From Glycera tridactyla (Eukaryota), in the NCBI GenBank assembly GCA_965644265.1, contig OZ286474.1, positions 49,972,001 to 50,036,000 on the forward strand: 64,000 bases of DNA. Direction: 5' to 3'. This document shows positions 13,621 through 26,641 of the stretch, piece after piece (the stretch's first letter is position 1; each line of letters opens with the position of its first letter). The notes beneath the pieces are model-generated. The model did no database searches. It saw only the letters and a program-made list of their open reading frames with translations, and had not been told where the DNA came from. A program made the position numbers and the translations under genes.

Positions 13621-13920
13621 ATCATTCAACCTGGTTTCAGATAATCTGTATGCTTGTGAAGAGGATACGCCCTCATTTCATTGTATTTTCACGATGAATT
13701 CTCCGGCATTATCATCTGTTCTTCCCGATGTGGAACAATGGGGATACACTGCCCCACCTGCTGCGAAATCCACATGACATCTATACATCTAGCACTCTAT
13801 GGTGATATTATCATTCAACCTGGTTTCAGATAATCTGCATGCTTGTGAAGAGGATATGCCCTCATTCCATTGCTGCGAAACCCACATGAAATCTATACAT
13901 CTAGCACTCTATGGTGATAT
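13621..13920. repeat. Local duplication of form A-x-B-A-B
   Basis: atcattcaacctggtttcagataatctg.. at 13621 and ~13810; gctgcgaaa.ccacatga.atctatacatctagcactctatggtgatatt at ~13760 and ~13872. Confidence 0.9.
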
Positions 13921-15549
13921 TTACAAGGTAACTTTGTTGAGTTCACATGATTAATTGTCGCAGATGTCAACAATGTCTGTCTATGCGGTGGCTAGAATGA
14001 CAGAAAATCTAGTTGAAATGGTGTTATATGGCACAAACCATTTCGAAAAATGAATTTCACCTTCTCAAAGATTTTTGATTGTTCACTGACGTAATGACAA
14101 GAATTTCCAAGCAATAGTCAACTATCTGAAAGCATGGTTGGCTTCCCAGAAAATTAATCTTGTATATTTTGCCTATCCAACATTTTTCTTTAGGATCAAG
14201 TAGGATAGAAAATATGAGAACTTAAGAGCAAACTGGGTAATTACTCAAACACGCCATATAGGAGTTCAAAACAAAAAAGTTTGGTGTGCATGCGGAGGGC
14301 GATATAATGTAGTGAGCTATATTCCATCATTCCTGCATTGCATGCAGATACCATTAAATAAGAAGAGCGCCGATCGATAATTTCTGGGCCCTTGCCAAAA
14401 ACAAACTCATGTTTCATTTCCTATCTGCACACTCATCATAGCACCCTGTCTTAACCTTCTGCCATCTTCACTTTCTGGATCTGGTGTTGTAGCTCGATTT
14501 CTGCAACTTTACATCATATAACTGCATGAACCAGGCAATCCTGATTCATCTCTCGAGTTTATCCAGCTCTATGGATAAGTGTCTCTGCAACTGCACATAA
14601 AATGCTCCACCCTGTACTTATACAAAGAGTATGGGAAGTTCCCCTGCAGGAGTGCCCTTTCTTGAACCAGTAGTATCTTTCTCAGTTGTGTGAAATGAGT
14701 CTATCCATCCATCCATCCATTCTCTCATTGACTGGGGTAATTTACATCAAAACATGTAATAGATAGATAATATTGAGTGAAACTCTGGAAATCACCATGA
14801 CCTTGACCTTTTTTTCTCCGTGTGACCACCAAATCCATGATGGACATCTCAAAATTGAAAAACTACTCTGTTTCGAATAAAGTATGCCTGTGTTCACAAG
14901 AGATGCAACAGTTCCATTGTTGTGCTTGTTGAATCCCTGAATCCATGCGAAATGACATCCTCTGCATGAAGTATGGGGTCCTCCTCTTGATATCATGGTA
15001 TTATGCAGCATGATTCTGACGGAGGTCGTCGGGTGCAGACAACGGAGAATATTGGGGTCCCGTCTATTATATTGATGTGAATAAGCCAGAAAATGGGGTT
15101 AACATGATCACTGTGAATAGCGAATGTCAAGCTTGACATGCAACCTGTGTATAATTCAATTTCATATCTTGCTTGATGACCACAATGCTTAGTCAGCATT
15201 GCTGACTTGAAAGACTTTCATCAAACTCTTATCCAACTTATGATTAGCTTGCAAAGATTCACAGAAAAAAGTCTTCGAATTATATATTTTTTCCGACATG
15301 AATGACTTGTCGGCAAGACCCATCCATTGGTAGTATATGAGTATGAAAAATAACCGCTCAAATTTCATTGATTTCACCAAGCTGTTCAAAGATTAGAAAC
15401 CCTATGAGATACTTCCTAAACCAGGATTGTGATGAGAATCATAATACTTCAATATTCCTCTCAGAGTAATCTTCCCACCTTCACTTTTTCCCAGATTGAT
15501 CATGATGCAATCAAAATGATGATCTTGGCTAAATATTTCAAGTAAGAAC

Positions 15550-15760
15550 TTGATTGTTGTTGTTATTTTTAAGGTTTAACGGCATGTATCAACCCTAGGT
15601 TTATGTATGTCGTGTGTTCCTTGTTAATGAAAGCTAGATGTTCTCTCCCCAGCAGACATCACTCTCACAAACCCTGAACACAACATGAAGGGGAACCTGA
15701 AAGGTTATCAAGTGGAAGTAGATGATAGTCGGACACACCTCTACCTACTCTACATATACA
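15550..15760 (-). mobile_element. SINE-like dispersed repeat (family S)
   Basis: aatgaaagctagatgttctctcccc.gcagacatcactct...ggggaacctgaaaggtt shared with ~40420-40560, more weakly ~42760-42830 and ~59920-60000; simple-repeat tail ttgttgttgtt. Confidence 0.55.
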
Positions 15761-16892
15761 TAATAAACCTCAAGGACAGGTTTAGGTTCTCGGTTGGAAA
15801 TAAATGAGAGAGAGAACCAGGGTTTTCTCCCTAATCCCATGTATGCAGGAGCATCTCACTGATCCCAGCCTCCTCATCAATCATGCCTCTCCATCTCTCC
15901 TTGGTAACATTCTTTATTAGCAGCATATATTATCAAATCTATCAACAATGGCTACACTTGGATGCATGAAAAGGTGACCTGGATATAGGCGGGTGGTCAT
16001 CATAGAGAAGTTTACTGAATGAAATAGCATTGCTGCCATCATTGCTGGTAGGCTCTTGGCCCTTGAGAGTAGGTTGCCCACCCTATGATGTGAGATTGCA
16101 TTGTCTGGCTTGGTCTAGATGAGCTGATGGTCCTAATACAGAGGTAGTATCTGGAGATGTGGGTATTTTGGAACTGAAGACTGATCAATCGATGTTATTG
16201 TGAATAAAAGCTTTCCAATTCAATTCAACTATCCTTAACCAGTCAATCAATTGATGGAGTGTGTGGGATTGGCTGGTGGAAGCAGATGCTGTGATTGTGG
16301 AGGTATGATCCGTGCCTTGGTCTGGCCGCCTGATAGTGTGGGATAGAACAGCTCGCAGTGTTACATCAATCAGCTCGTGGTATTGCATCCATCCCTCAGG
16401 CAAATGTCACATCACATCCTAGCCTAGGCCCCACAGCTCTCCTCATTGATTCCATTCCTTGCAGATTACATCACCCCACATAATCACATACTTATGTAAC
16501 TAGCCAGTCATTATGATGACAATTATCCATTCTGCATGAATGCCCTAATACACCAACTGCTCCTGTTTGTAAAACAATACCCCCCCCCCCTCCCTATGTA
16601 CAACAATGTGGGCAATGGGAAAGCATACTAACAACACAGCTGGCAGGTCATCATTGTCAATCATTGGAGATTTCCAAGTAGAGGAAAATCATAGTTTTTT
16701 TAAATTCTCACTTGTACAATTAGGACAATGAATTGATGAATAATTCGAGGAAGAGCATACAAAGAAAGGTTGAATGATGTGATTCAGGTCAATACCAGCC
16801 ATGGGTGATTCCCACGTAGGAGGGAACAATTATTCTCTCTGGTTCCCATGCTTGAAGTCATGTAAATGGACTGATGGGGAAATAAGCGTATA

Positions 16893-17051
16893 CAGTCAAA
16901 CCTGTCTATAAAGACTGCCTTCGGTCGCATCAAAAAGTGGTCTTTATAGGCAGGTGGTCTTTAGAGAGAGGTCATTTACTGTTGAAAATTACCACGGTTG
17001 CTGCTAAGCGTGGTCTTTATAGAGAGGTGGTCTTTAGAAGAGGTTTGACTC
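16893..17051 (+). mobile_element. MITE family A2 (complete)
   Basis: TA|CAGTCAAACCTG ... AGGTTTGACTC|TA. Confidence 0.88.
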
Positions 17052-17899
17052 TATGCACCTATAGAAAGACTGCATGAAGGAATATACTTGGCCCAATCCT
17101 CCAAAGCCATCGGCAGGGAACTTTCAAAAGCAGGATTCTAGATCAATATCAAAGTTAACAACTTCATCTGTGACAAAATAGTATATACACATCCAGTGGC
17201 CCACCTAACAATCATGAAGCAGGCAGAGATGAGCATACGAGCAACAAACATGCAAGCTAACTGGCTGCCTGAAGGCAGATTGAAATGCAGTGCTTAATCT
17301 AGAGGGGACGGAATGTTGGGGTGAATGGCCCCACAGACCTGACAGAACGTCCTTTTTTTCCGGATGGAGGGGCGCATTCTGCCCAATCCGAAACGTACAT
17401 TTAAATGACATTTGCACCTGGCCACACTACCAAGCTCATTTCTCCCATTCATTTTAAACATCATGGTGTTGCCTGGAAAAATCTCCCAAATCTCAAAAAA
17501 TGCCCCTACTTTCCTGAAAACTACCCCTTCTTTCAGAGGGGGCTTTCCCCCGAAGTAAATTTCGAGATTGGACACTGGAAATGATGAAAAGACTAGATTT
17601 GACTGGCGTATCCAATGAGGGGACCACATCATTACACATGGCTAGAACTGTGTTCACAAAGTACAGTGCTTGAAATGAAAGAAAGATTCATAGCATCGCG
17701 TAATGATGTTGCAATCTCAAGCCAGCTTCACACTTATTTGTCCTGTTTCCTTTGCATTTCACTGAGAATTCAAAATCAGGTAAGAACACCTATATCTTTT
17801 CGAATGTATCCACGCAATTAATGATTTGGTGCCGAGAGTAGAGGCGTATAGAAAACTGATGAAAGGTGAAAGTTAGTGATTAGCAGCTGAAAGCGGGCT

Positions 17900-18330
17900 T
17901 CCATTTGCCGAGTAATCAGTTTGAAGTTGTGGTCAAAGCGGAGTTTCTTGTCTTACTGGAATTAGTAATCCAATCACACCTCAATGTTCACCGATCCTTC
18001 CACAATACTACACGTATCATTTTACTATCCCATCAACCACCTGGCCCACTTACCTCTGGAAAACCATAGGTATCCCATTTTTAAGGATGCCTGCCTTGCA
18101 GACATCCTTCTTCTCACCACTGCCACTTGGGACTGCAGTTTAGATGACAAAAAATGGCACAAATTTCAACAGTTTTTTTGGCATGCCAATAGATGGTGAT
18201 AAACTGCTCTGATTCCCATGTAACTTGCCATGGGTGTTGTAAAGGCATGTCTGCTTTGTATGGATCACTTGGAAAGCTCTTTATGAATCTACTTTTCATG
18301 AAAATGGCTCCCGCTTCTAGGAACATCCTG
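17900..18330 (-). mobile_element. Decayed LINE reverse transcriptase fragment
   Basis: ILKNGIPMVFQR*VGQVVDGIVK*YV*YCGRIGEH resembles the RT segment L...GI...I..LY....V...G..SE before the QG motif. Confidence 0.35.
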
Positions 18331-18736
18331 CCAGTTCATGATCGATGTTGACCCTCTATCAGGTTTGATACTGCTAATGATATGAATACTCTCTACCTTT
18401 TATCTTATTTTACTTTATTCAATTTTAAGCTGAAGTTTAGTTGTGCTTTATGGGTATACCTTGAACCATTTTAATCTTGGGAGGCATTAAAGCATTTGAT
18501 TGTAAGATCAAGTGATTCATAAGTGAAATTCACATGTTTAATGATTGGGTTTTGAGAGTAAGATATCCCTATCCCAGCCATTTTGACACAGTGAGCAGCA
18601 GGTGGACTGGATGAATGTGGCGCCCACTTGAATGGCAGGAAATTTGAATTAACTTCTCTCACAATCACCAGTAGAGGAGATGTGTGTTACCTGGCATCCT
18701 TTTTTCGGCATACATGCCTAGTTACTAAACCGATCA

Positions 18737-18828
18737 CAGTGAAACCCGTGACCGAAGACTGCCCTATATGTCATCAAAGATTGGTCTCTCTAAAAGAAGA
18801 GGTCTCTTGTCAATGGTACATTGTATAT
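18737..18828 (+). mobile_element. 5' half of a family-A MITE interrupted by a large insertion
   Basis: CAGTGAAACCCGTG...GGTCTCTTGTCAATGGTACATTGTATAT matches the first half of 1343-1518 and then stops abruptly. Confidence 0.75.
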
Positions 18829-19949
18829 GGCCAATTCTCCGAAATTGGGGCCAGCTGCCGAAAAACGTTTTTGGTGCCGATTCAGCAGCTTTGATCCACG
18901 ATTTGAAGTTTGCAACCAATGTTGAGTGATTCAAGCAATAACTGGGTCGATTTTGGGAGGAATATCTTCATTTTTGGCGAAGTTAGAGACGATTTATTGG
19001 TCAAAAATGGCCATTTTTTACCGCATCAAGCGTAACAAAAGACCCCACCCTTCTTTGCAACGATCTCCTGTCAAACTGACATAATCCTATCATCCCATCA
19101 ATGATTCTATCTAAAGATCGATAGCAGGGCTACATTTTCCAGCCTTAAAATATGCCAAAAGATTGATGTAAATGAGCCCAAAACAGCTGCAAACAGCGTC
19201 ACGGTACGTTATTACCGTTCCGTCAAATTCTAACCAAAGGTTCACTTGTCAATCCAAATCACTTCTGCTGCCTGTCAGCTCGTGCAGTACCATCAAATCA
19301 TTCGAAAAACATGTGGAAATGGCGATTCCAGGCCCATAAAGTGACAGGAATGAAGAGAACATCCTCTAAGAAATCGTTTTCCATCAAAGGGATGACATTT
19401 CCGTCCCTGCCTAACGTCCGAACTAGCAGAGTTTTGCCGTGTTTACTCGCAACGGGCGCCATTTTGGATCGATCAGTACTCTAAATGAGATCCCCATGCA
19501 TCCATGACAAAATATATTTTCCATCTTTTCTTCATTATTTGGCTGAAATTTCCTGCAGAATTGCTTGGATGTCAATCAAAAATCACGGTAACGTACGAAT
19601 TTTTGCATAACATACCTATATACTTAGTGATATTAAACCAAGAGGTCTCAGAATAAAGTCAGTTTTGTTGGTTGGTTGCTCAAAACTTTGATGATCCATG
19701 ATTTTGTATCCATTAATGGTCACATGTGATTATTCTGGTTTAAGAATCTTGAAGCATTGAGTGAATGTATGTTATCTCTGACTCTGATTTTTGAGTGTGG
19801 TTATGTCAGAAATAACATACAAGACACACTATCGACTATGATGGCTAAATACCATCAGTTCCACTTGAGAGTGGTCATTCTTGAAATAAATCACTGATGT
19901 GGATGGATGTATGAAAATGAGGCTGATACTGTGGTTTGATCATGCAGTA

Positions 19950-22900
19950 AAAATATCTTTTTTCATGATGGCATATGTGTGAGTCGTTACATTTGGCAAC
20001 AAAATCATGGTCAAGAAAAATAAGATGATTATAATCATAGCTGAGGAGTTGTTTCAGCTTCAGGTAAGTCAGTTAGAATACACCCTCAATCATTAAAGTG
20101 GAAAGCTGATCTAAGTGAAATCTTGTTTGTTTGTTACCCTTGACCAATGTTTGATAGAGCAGGTAGTCACAAGTAACATAAGTGACATAACAGGAGCTAT
20201 GGTGATGGTAAGATGTTCACCTGCACTAATTGTTGATTTCAGTACTCTGATTCTTTACTCCTGCCAGGTGCACACATGTAGAATCGAAACTGACACTTGT
20301 AGTAATGATTCTGATTCTGATTTGTGACTACATTGGTATGTTATCATTGACCTGACTAATCAAGTAAGAGAGAGTCAGAACTAACATACATGTCATCTAG
20401 ATCCACTGTGATGATGGTCTCAACTTGTTCTTTGGGTATATGGTGTGAATCTTCTGGTATATCAATTTCTTTGGTCCAGGGAAAGCAACTGGCTCCCATG
20501 ATGCGATTCCTCTCTCAGTTTGTATTAAATTATTTTGTGACGTTACTTTGACACTGTGTGATGAATACATGACAGTCACATGTAAAAAACATCACCCAAA
20601 TCAAATAGCCATTTGTCACCTTGAGCTGTCCTCCATCATCAAGATATTCTGTGAGATACTAACTCCTGAAGTTGCCTTATTCCATCACATAAAAAATGCT
20701 AGGTTCTGTGGTACAGATCTGTTCTTCCACGATGGCATCTGTGAGAGTCGTTACATTTGACAATGAAATCATGGTCAAGAATAACAGATGATTATGATCA
20801 TAGCTGAGGAGTCGTTCAGGTTTCACGAAAGTCAGGTAGCATTCACTCTCAATTAAATAGGTGGGATGCCTGTCTGATTGAATTTATCTGAAACAAAAGT
20901 GGTTCAACAAAGCTAATCTAAGTGAAATTGTGTTTGTTTGTTACCCTTGACTTATGTCTAATAGGGTAGGCAGTCACAAGTAACATACATGACATGACAG
21001 GAGCTATGGTGATGGCAAGATGTTCACCTGCACTAATTGTCGATTTCAGTACTCTGATTCTTTACTCCTGCCAGGTGCACACATGTAGAATCGAAACTGA
21101 CACTTGTAGTAATGATTCTGATTCTGATTTGTGATTAGACTACATTGGTATGTTATCATTGAACTGACTAATCAAGTAAGAGAGAGTCAGAACTAACATA
21201 CATGTCATCTAGATCCACTGTGATGATGGTCTCAACTTATTCTTTGGGTATATGGTGTGAATCTTCTGGTATATCAATTTCTTTGGTCCAGGGAAAGCAA
21301 CTGGCTCCCATGATGCGATTCCTCTCTCAGTTTGTATTAAATTATTTTGTGACGTTACTTTGACACTGTGTGATGAATACACGATAGTCACGTGTAACAT
21401 ACATCACCCAAATCAAATAGCCATTTGTCACCTTGAGCTGTCCTCCATCATCAAGATATTCTCTGAGTTACTAACTCCTGAAGTTGCCTTATTCCATCAC
21501 CGTCACATAAAAAATGCTAGGTTCTGTGGTACAGATATATTCTTCCACGATGGCATCTGTGAGAGTCGTTACATTTGACAATGAAATCATGGTCAAGAAT
21601 AACAGATGATTATGATCATAGCTGAGGAGTCGTTCAGGTTGCATGAAAGTTAGGTAGCATTCACTCTCAATTAAATAGGTGGGATGCCTGTCAGATTGAA
21701 TTCATCTGAAACAAAAGTGGTTCAACAAAGCTAATCTAAGTGAAATTGTGTTTGTTTGTTACCCTTGACTTATGTCTAATAGGGTAGGCAGTCACAAGTA
21801 ACATACATGACATGACAGGAGCTATGGTGATGGCAAGATGTTCACCTGCACTAATTGTCGATTTCAGCACTCTGATTCTTTACTCCTGCCAGGTGCACAC
21901 ATGTAGAATCGAAATTGACACTGGTAGTAATGATTCTGATTCTGATTTGTGATTAGACTACATTGGTATGTTATCATTGACCTGACTAATCAAGTAAGAG
22001 AGAGTCAGAACTAACATACATGTCATCTAGATCCACTGTGATGATGGTCTCAACTTATTCTTTGGGTATATGGTGTGAATCTTCTGGTATATCAATTTCT
22101 TTGGTCCAGGGAAAGCAACTGGCTCCCATGATGCGATTCCTCTCTCAGTTTGTATTAAATTATTTTGTGACGTTACTTTGACACTGTGTGATGAATACAT
22201 GATAGTCACGTGTAACATACATCACCCAAATCAAATAGCCATTTGTCACCTTGAGCTGTCCTCCATCATCAAGATATTCTGTGAGTTACTAACTCCTGAA
22301 GTTGCCTTATTCCATCACCGTCACATAAAAAATGCTAGGTTCTGTGGTACAGATATATTCTTCCACGATGGCATCTGTGAGAGTCGTTACATTTGACAAT
22401 GAAATCATGGTCAAGAATAACAGATGATTATGATCATAGCTGAGGAGTCGTTCAGGTTTCACGAAAGTCAGGTAGCATTCACTCTCAATTAAATAGGTGG
22501 GATGCCTGTCAGATTGAATTTATCTGAAACAAAAGTGGTTCAACAAAGCTAATCTAAGTGAAATTGTGTTTGTTTGTTACCCTTGACTTATGTCTAATAG
22601 GGTAGGCAGTCACAAGTAACATACATGACATGACAGGAGCTATGGTGATGGCAAGATGTTCACCTGCACTAATTGTCGATTTCAGCACTCTGATTCTTTA
22701 CTCCTGCCAGGTGCACACATGTAGAATCGAAACTGACACTGGTAGTAATGATTCTGATTCTGATTTGTGATTAGACTACATTGGTATGTTATCATTGAAC
22801 TGACTAATCAAGTAAGAGAGAGTCAGAACTAACATACATGTCATCTAGATCCACTGTGATGATGGTCTCAACTTATTCTTTGGGTATATGGTGTGAATCT

Positions 22901-23570
22901 TCTGGTATATAAATTTCTGTGGTCCAGGGAAAGCAACTGGCTCCCATGATGCGATTCCTCTCTCAGTTTGTATTAAATTATTTTGTGACGTTACTTTGAC
23001 ACTGTGTGATGAATACACGATAGTCACGTGTAACATACATCACCCAAATCAAATAGCCATTTGTCACCTTGAGCTGTCCTCCATCATCAAGATATTCTGT
23101 GAGTTACTAACTCCTGAAGTTGCCTTATTCCATCACCGTCACATAAAAAATGCTAGGTTCTGTGGTACAGATATATTCTTCCACGATGGCATCTGTGAGA
23201 GTCATTACATTTGACAATGAAATCATGGTCAAGAATAACAGATGATTATGATCATAGCTGAGGAGTCGTTCAGGTTTCACGAAAGTCAGTAAGCATCCTC
23301 TCAATTATTTAGGTGGAATCCCTGTCAGATTGAATTTGACTGAAACTAGAGTGGGTCAACACAGCTAATCTAAGAGGAATTGTGTTTGTTTGTTATTCTT
23401 GACCAATGTCTAATAGGGTAGGCAGACACAAGTAACATACATGACAGGAGCTATGGTGATGGTATGATATTCACCTGCAGTCATTAGTGATTTCAGCACT
23501 CTGATTCTTTACTCCTGTCAGGTGCACATATGTAGAATCAAAACTGACACTGGTAGTAATGATTTCTCCT
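19950..23570. repeat. ~818-bp tandem array, ~4.4 copies
   Basis: Homologous ORF-track peptides (MTLCDEY...CESRYI) at 20548, 21360, 22178, 22996 give periods 812, 818, 818; inner copies near identical, edge copies diverged. Confidence 0.97.
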
Positions 23571-23599
23571 GTCAGGCACGTCAAGGTGCTGGTGCTGGC

Positions 23600-23982
23600 A
23601 GCCCTTCTACTGGTACTGCTGGTGTTGGTGCGGCGGCTGTGGGTGATTTGTGGTGTTGTGTGGATGTGGTGTTGTGTGGGTGGGTGTGGTGTGATGTGTG
23701 GTATTGTGTTGGTGTGATGTGGTGTTGTGTGGGTGGGTGTGGTCTGATGCTGTGTGGTATTGTGTTGGTGCGGTGTGGTGTTGTGTGGGTGTGTTGTGGT
23801 GTGGGTGGGTGTGGTATTGTGTGAGTGGTTTGGTGTGACATGTGGATGTGGTGTGATGTTGTGTGGTGTTGTGTGGGTGTGGTGTGAGGTGTGATGTGTG
23901 GGTGTGGTGTGTGGATGTGGTGAGGTGTGATGTGCGGGTGTGGTGTTGTATGGTTGTGGTGTGATGTATGGGTTTGTTGTGT
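23600..23982. repeat. GT-rich low-complexity tract (GTGGT/GTGT), resumes at ~26399-26480
   Basis: gtggtgttgtgtggatgtggtg...; the same texture lies on both sides of the HINE-like element. Confidence 0.9.
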
Positions 23983-26398
23983 TGTTGTCCCCCGCCGGAA
24001 CACCGGAAGGGGGACTATAAAATAGTGGGCGTCCGTCAGTCCGTCCGTCCGGTGCGTCCCTTGTCCGTCCGGTGTCCGTCCGTCCGCCAACTTTGCGGAA
24101 CCTGTATCTCTGGAACCGCTGCACCGATTTACACCAAATCAAGTTCCCTGGAAGCGTCTTGATGTGTAGGTGTGCACTGGCATGTTTATTCTGGATTTGG
24201 GCATGTGATTGCCTGCCCACGGGCAGGTGAAATGTGAAAAACTTCAGGATGTCATCAGGATTTTGCGGAACTCATATCTCCACAATGGCTGCACCGATTC
24301 ACACTAAATCAAGTTTCCTGGAAGCGTCTTGATGTGTGGTTGTGCACTGGCATGTTTATTCTGGATTTGGGCATGTGATTGCCTGCATGGGCAGGTGAAA
24401 TGTGAAAAACTTCAGGATGTCATCAGGATTTTGCGGAACTCATATCTCCACAATGGCTGAACCAATTCACACCAAATCAAGTTTCCTGGAAGCGTCTTGA
24501 TGTGTAGGTGTGCACTGGCATGTTTATTCTGGATTTGGGCATGTGATTGCCTGCCCAAGGGCAGGTGAAATGTGAAAAACTCCAAGATGTCATCAGGATT
24601 TGTGGAACTCATATCTCCACAATGGCTTTACCAATTCACACCAAATCAAGTTTCCTGGAAGCGTCTTGATGTGTAGGTGTGCACTGGCATGTTTATTCTG
24701 GATTTGGGCATGTGATTGCCTGTCCACGGGCAGGTGAAATGTCTGGAAACCTCAAGATGGTATACACTCCAATCAAGATTTTGCGGAACTCATATCTCCA
24801 CAATGGCTGCACCGATTCACACCAAATCAAATCTCCTAAAAGCATCTTGATGTGTAGGTGTGCACCGGCATGCTTATTATGGTTTTTGGCCTTTAATTGG
24901 CTGCGGCAGGTGAAATATTTGAAAAACTTCAGGATAGTACATGCTTCCATCAAGCTTTTGCGGAACTCATATCTCCATACCTGCTGCCCCGATCAACACC
25001 CAATCAAGTTTCCTGGAAGCGTCTTGATGTGTAGGTGTGCACTGGCACATTTATTCTGGATTTGGGCATGTGATGGGTTGCCCATGGACAGTTGAAATGT
25101 CTGAAAAACTTCAGCATGGTATACACTCTCATCAAGATTTTGCGGAACTCATATCTCCACAATAGCTGCACCAATTCACACCAAATCATGTTTCCTAGAA
25201 GTGCCGTGATGTGTGGGTGTGCACTGGCCCATTTATTCTGGCGTCGGCCATGTGATGGGCTGCCCTTGGGCAGGTGAAATGTCTGAATGCTAGGCACTCC
25301 CATCCACACTTTGCAGAACTCATATCTCCACAACCGCTCCACCGATTCACACAAAATGAAGTTTTCCTGAAGAGTCCTGATGTGTAGATGTGCACTGGCA
25401 GATTTATCACAGATTTGTACATGCAATGGGCTGCCCATGGGCAGTTGAAATATCTGAAGGACTTCAATATGGCATGCACTCTTATTTGGACTTAATGGAA
25501 CGCATCTCTTTAAAACGGCTCCACCGATCCACATCAAATGAACTTTCCCTGAAGTGCCTTGATGTGTAGCTGTGCACTGACATCTTTATCATGGGTTTTG
25601 GTAGTGTTGGGCCGATGATTGGACGATAACCGATGATTGATTGGAAATAGTACCAATTCTGATGATTGGTTGGAAAATTTGCAATCGATTACAATCGGTT
25701 CAGTACATATGAGATCACTCTTCATGCATGCAAATGCTAGAAAATTGGATATTCTGCTAAATTACAATGTGACTGGCTGCATTCAGGCTCATTTCTGATA
25801 AATCCAGTATTGGGAGCACTAGTATGGGCAAATGTGCACAAACTAAGTGTTGCATTTCTCTTCCACTCAAGTAAGGATCACCAGAACCATGTCTCCAACC
25901 CCCCCAGTGACTGACAGAATGCAGGATGGCCGAACCAATTGCAACCAATCATCGGTTGGTTCAGCCCAACCAATCATCAATTGTGAATTTGCAACTGATT
26001 CCCAACACTAGGTTTGGGCAAGTAATGGGTAGCATCGGCTGCTGCACCAATCCACAATGAATCAAACTTTCTGGAAGCATCTTTTTGAAGAGCCTCAAAC
26101 ACTTCAGGATGGTATGCGCTGTGCAGAATTTATGTATTCAAAACAAATGCGCTGATTCATACCAAATCATATCTTATTGATCTTTCTCATTGGTCATATG
26201 TGCACTGGCACATTTATTCTGGGTTTGGGCAAGTGCTGGGCTGCCCATGGGCATACTTTGAACACTCCATAATGGCATGCACATTGTCGACCCCATATGA
26301 AGAAAACCAACACATTTTTTCTGCACAGTTCAGGAAGCAGAGCTGCTCACTGTACTAGTCCCACATTGGCGGGGGACCCCGCATCACTGATGCCTTGT
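23983..26398 (+). mobile_element. Helentron-associated non-autonomous element (HINE/DINE-1/pearl type) with ~170-180 bp tandem cores
   Basis: 5' gtcccccgcc (23987) vs 3' ggcgggggac (26368) subterminal inverted repeat; (GTCC)n microsatellite ~24030-24085; about 10 core repeats; 3' mini-hairpin gcatc-act-gatgc (26381-26393). Confidence 0.8.
25602..26010. mobile_element. hAT-like MITE (409 bp) nested in a HINE core
   Basis: Perfect 10-bp TIR TAGTGTTGGG/CCCAACACTA; flanking 8-mers ggttttgg / ggtttggg (7/8 TSD); subterminal GATTGG/CCAATC repeats. Confidence 0.8.
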
Positions 26399-26641
26399 TG
26401 TGTGTGTGTGTTGTGGTGTTGTGTGAGTGTGGTGTGGTGCGGTGTTGTGTGGGTGTGGTGTGCTGAGGGTGTGGTGTGGTCCTCTGAATGACACCTCCTG
26501 ATTCACATCTTCAATCAATCTGGGCTATTTTCAGATGTGCATGCAATTGACATGAGTGATTGATAAGTAAAAAGGATACAATGCAAGTAAGGCAAGACAC
26601 ATCCTTCATTCCGAACATTTGATATATTGTAGTGCATATAT

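Noticed and set aside
23471-24220. 249-aa His/Thr/Pro-rich ORF
   Set aside because: Translation of the GT-rich low-complexity tract plus the HINE end.
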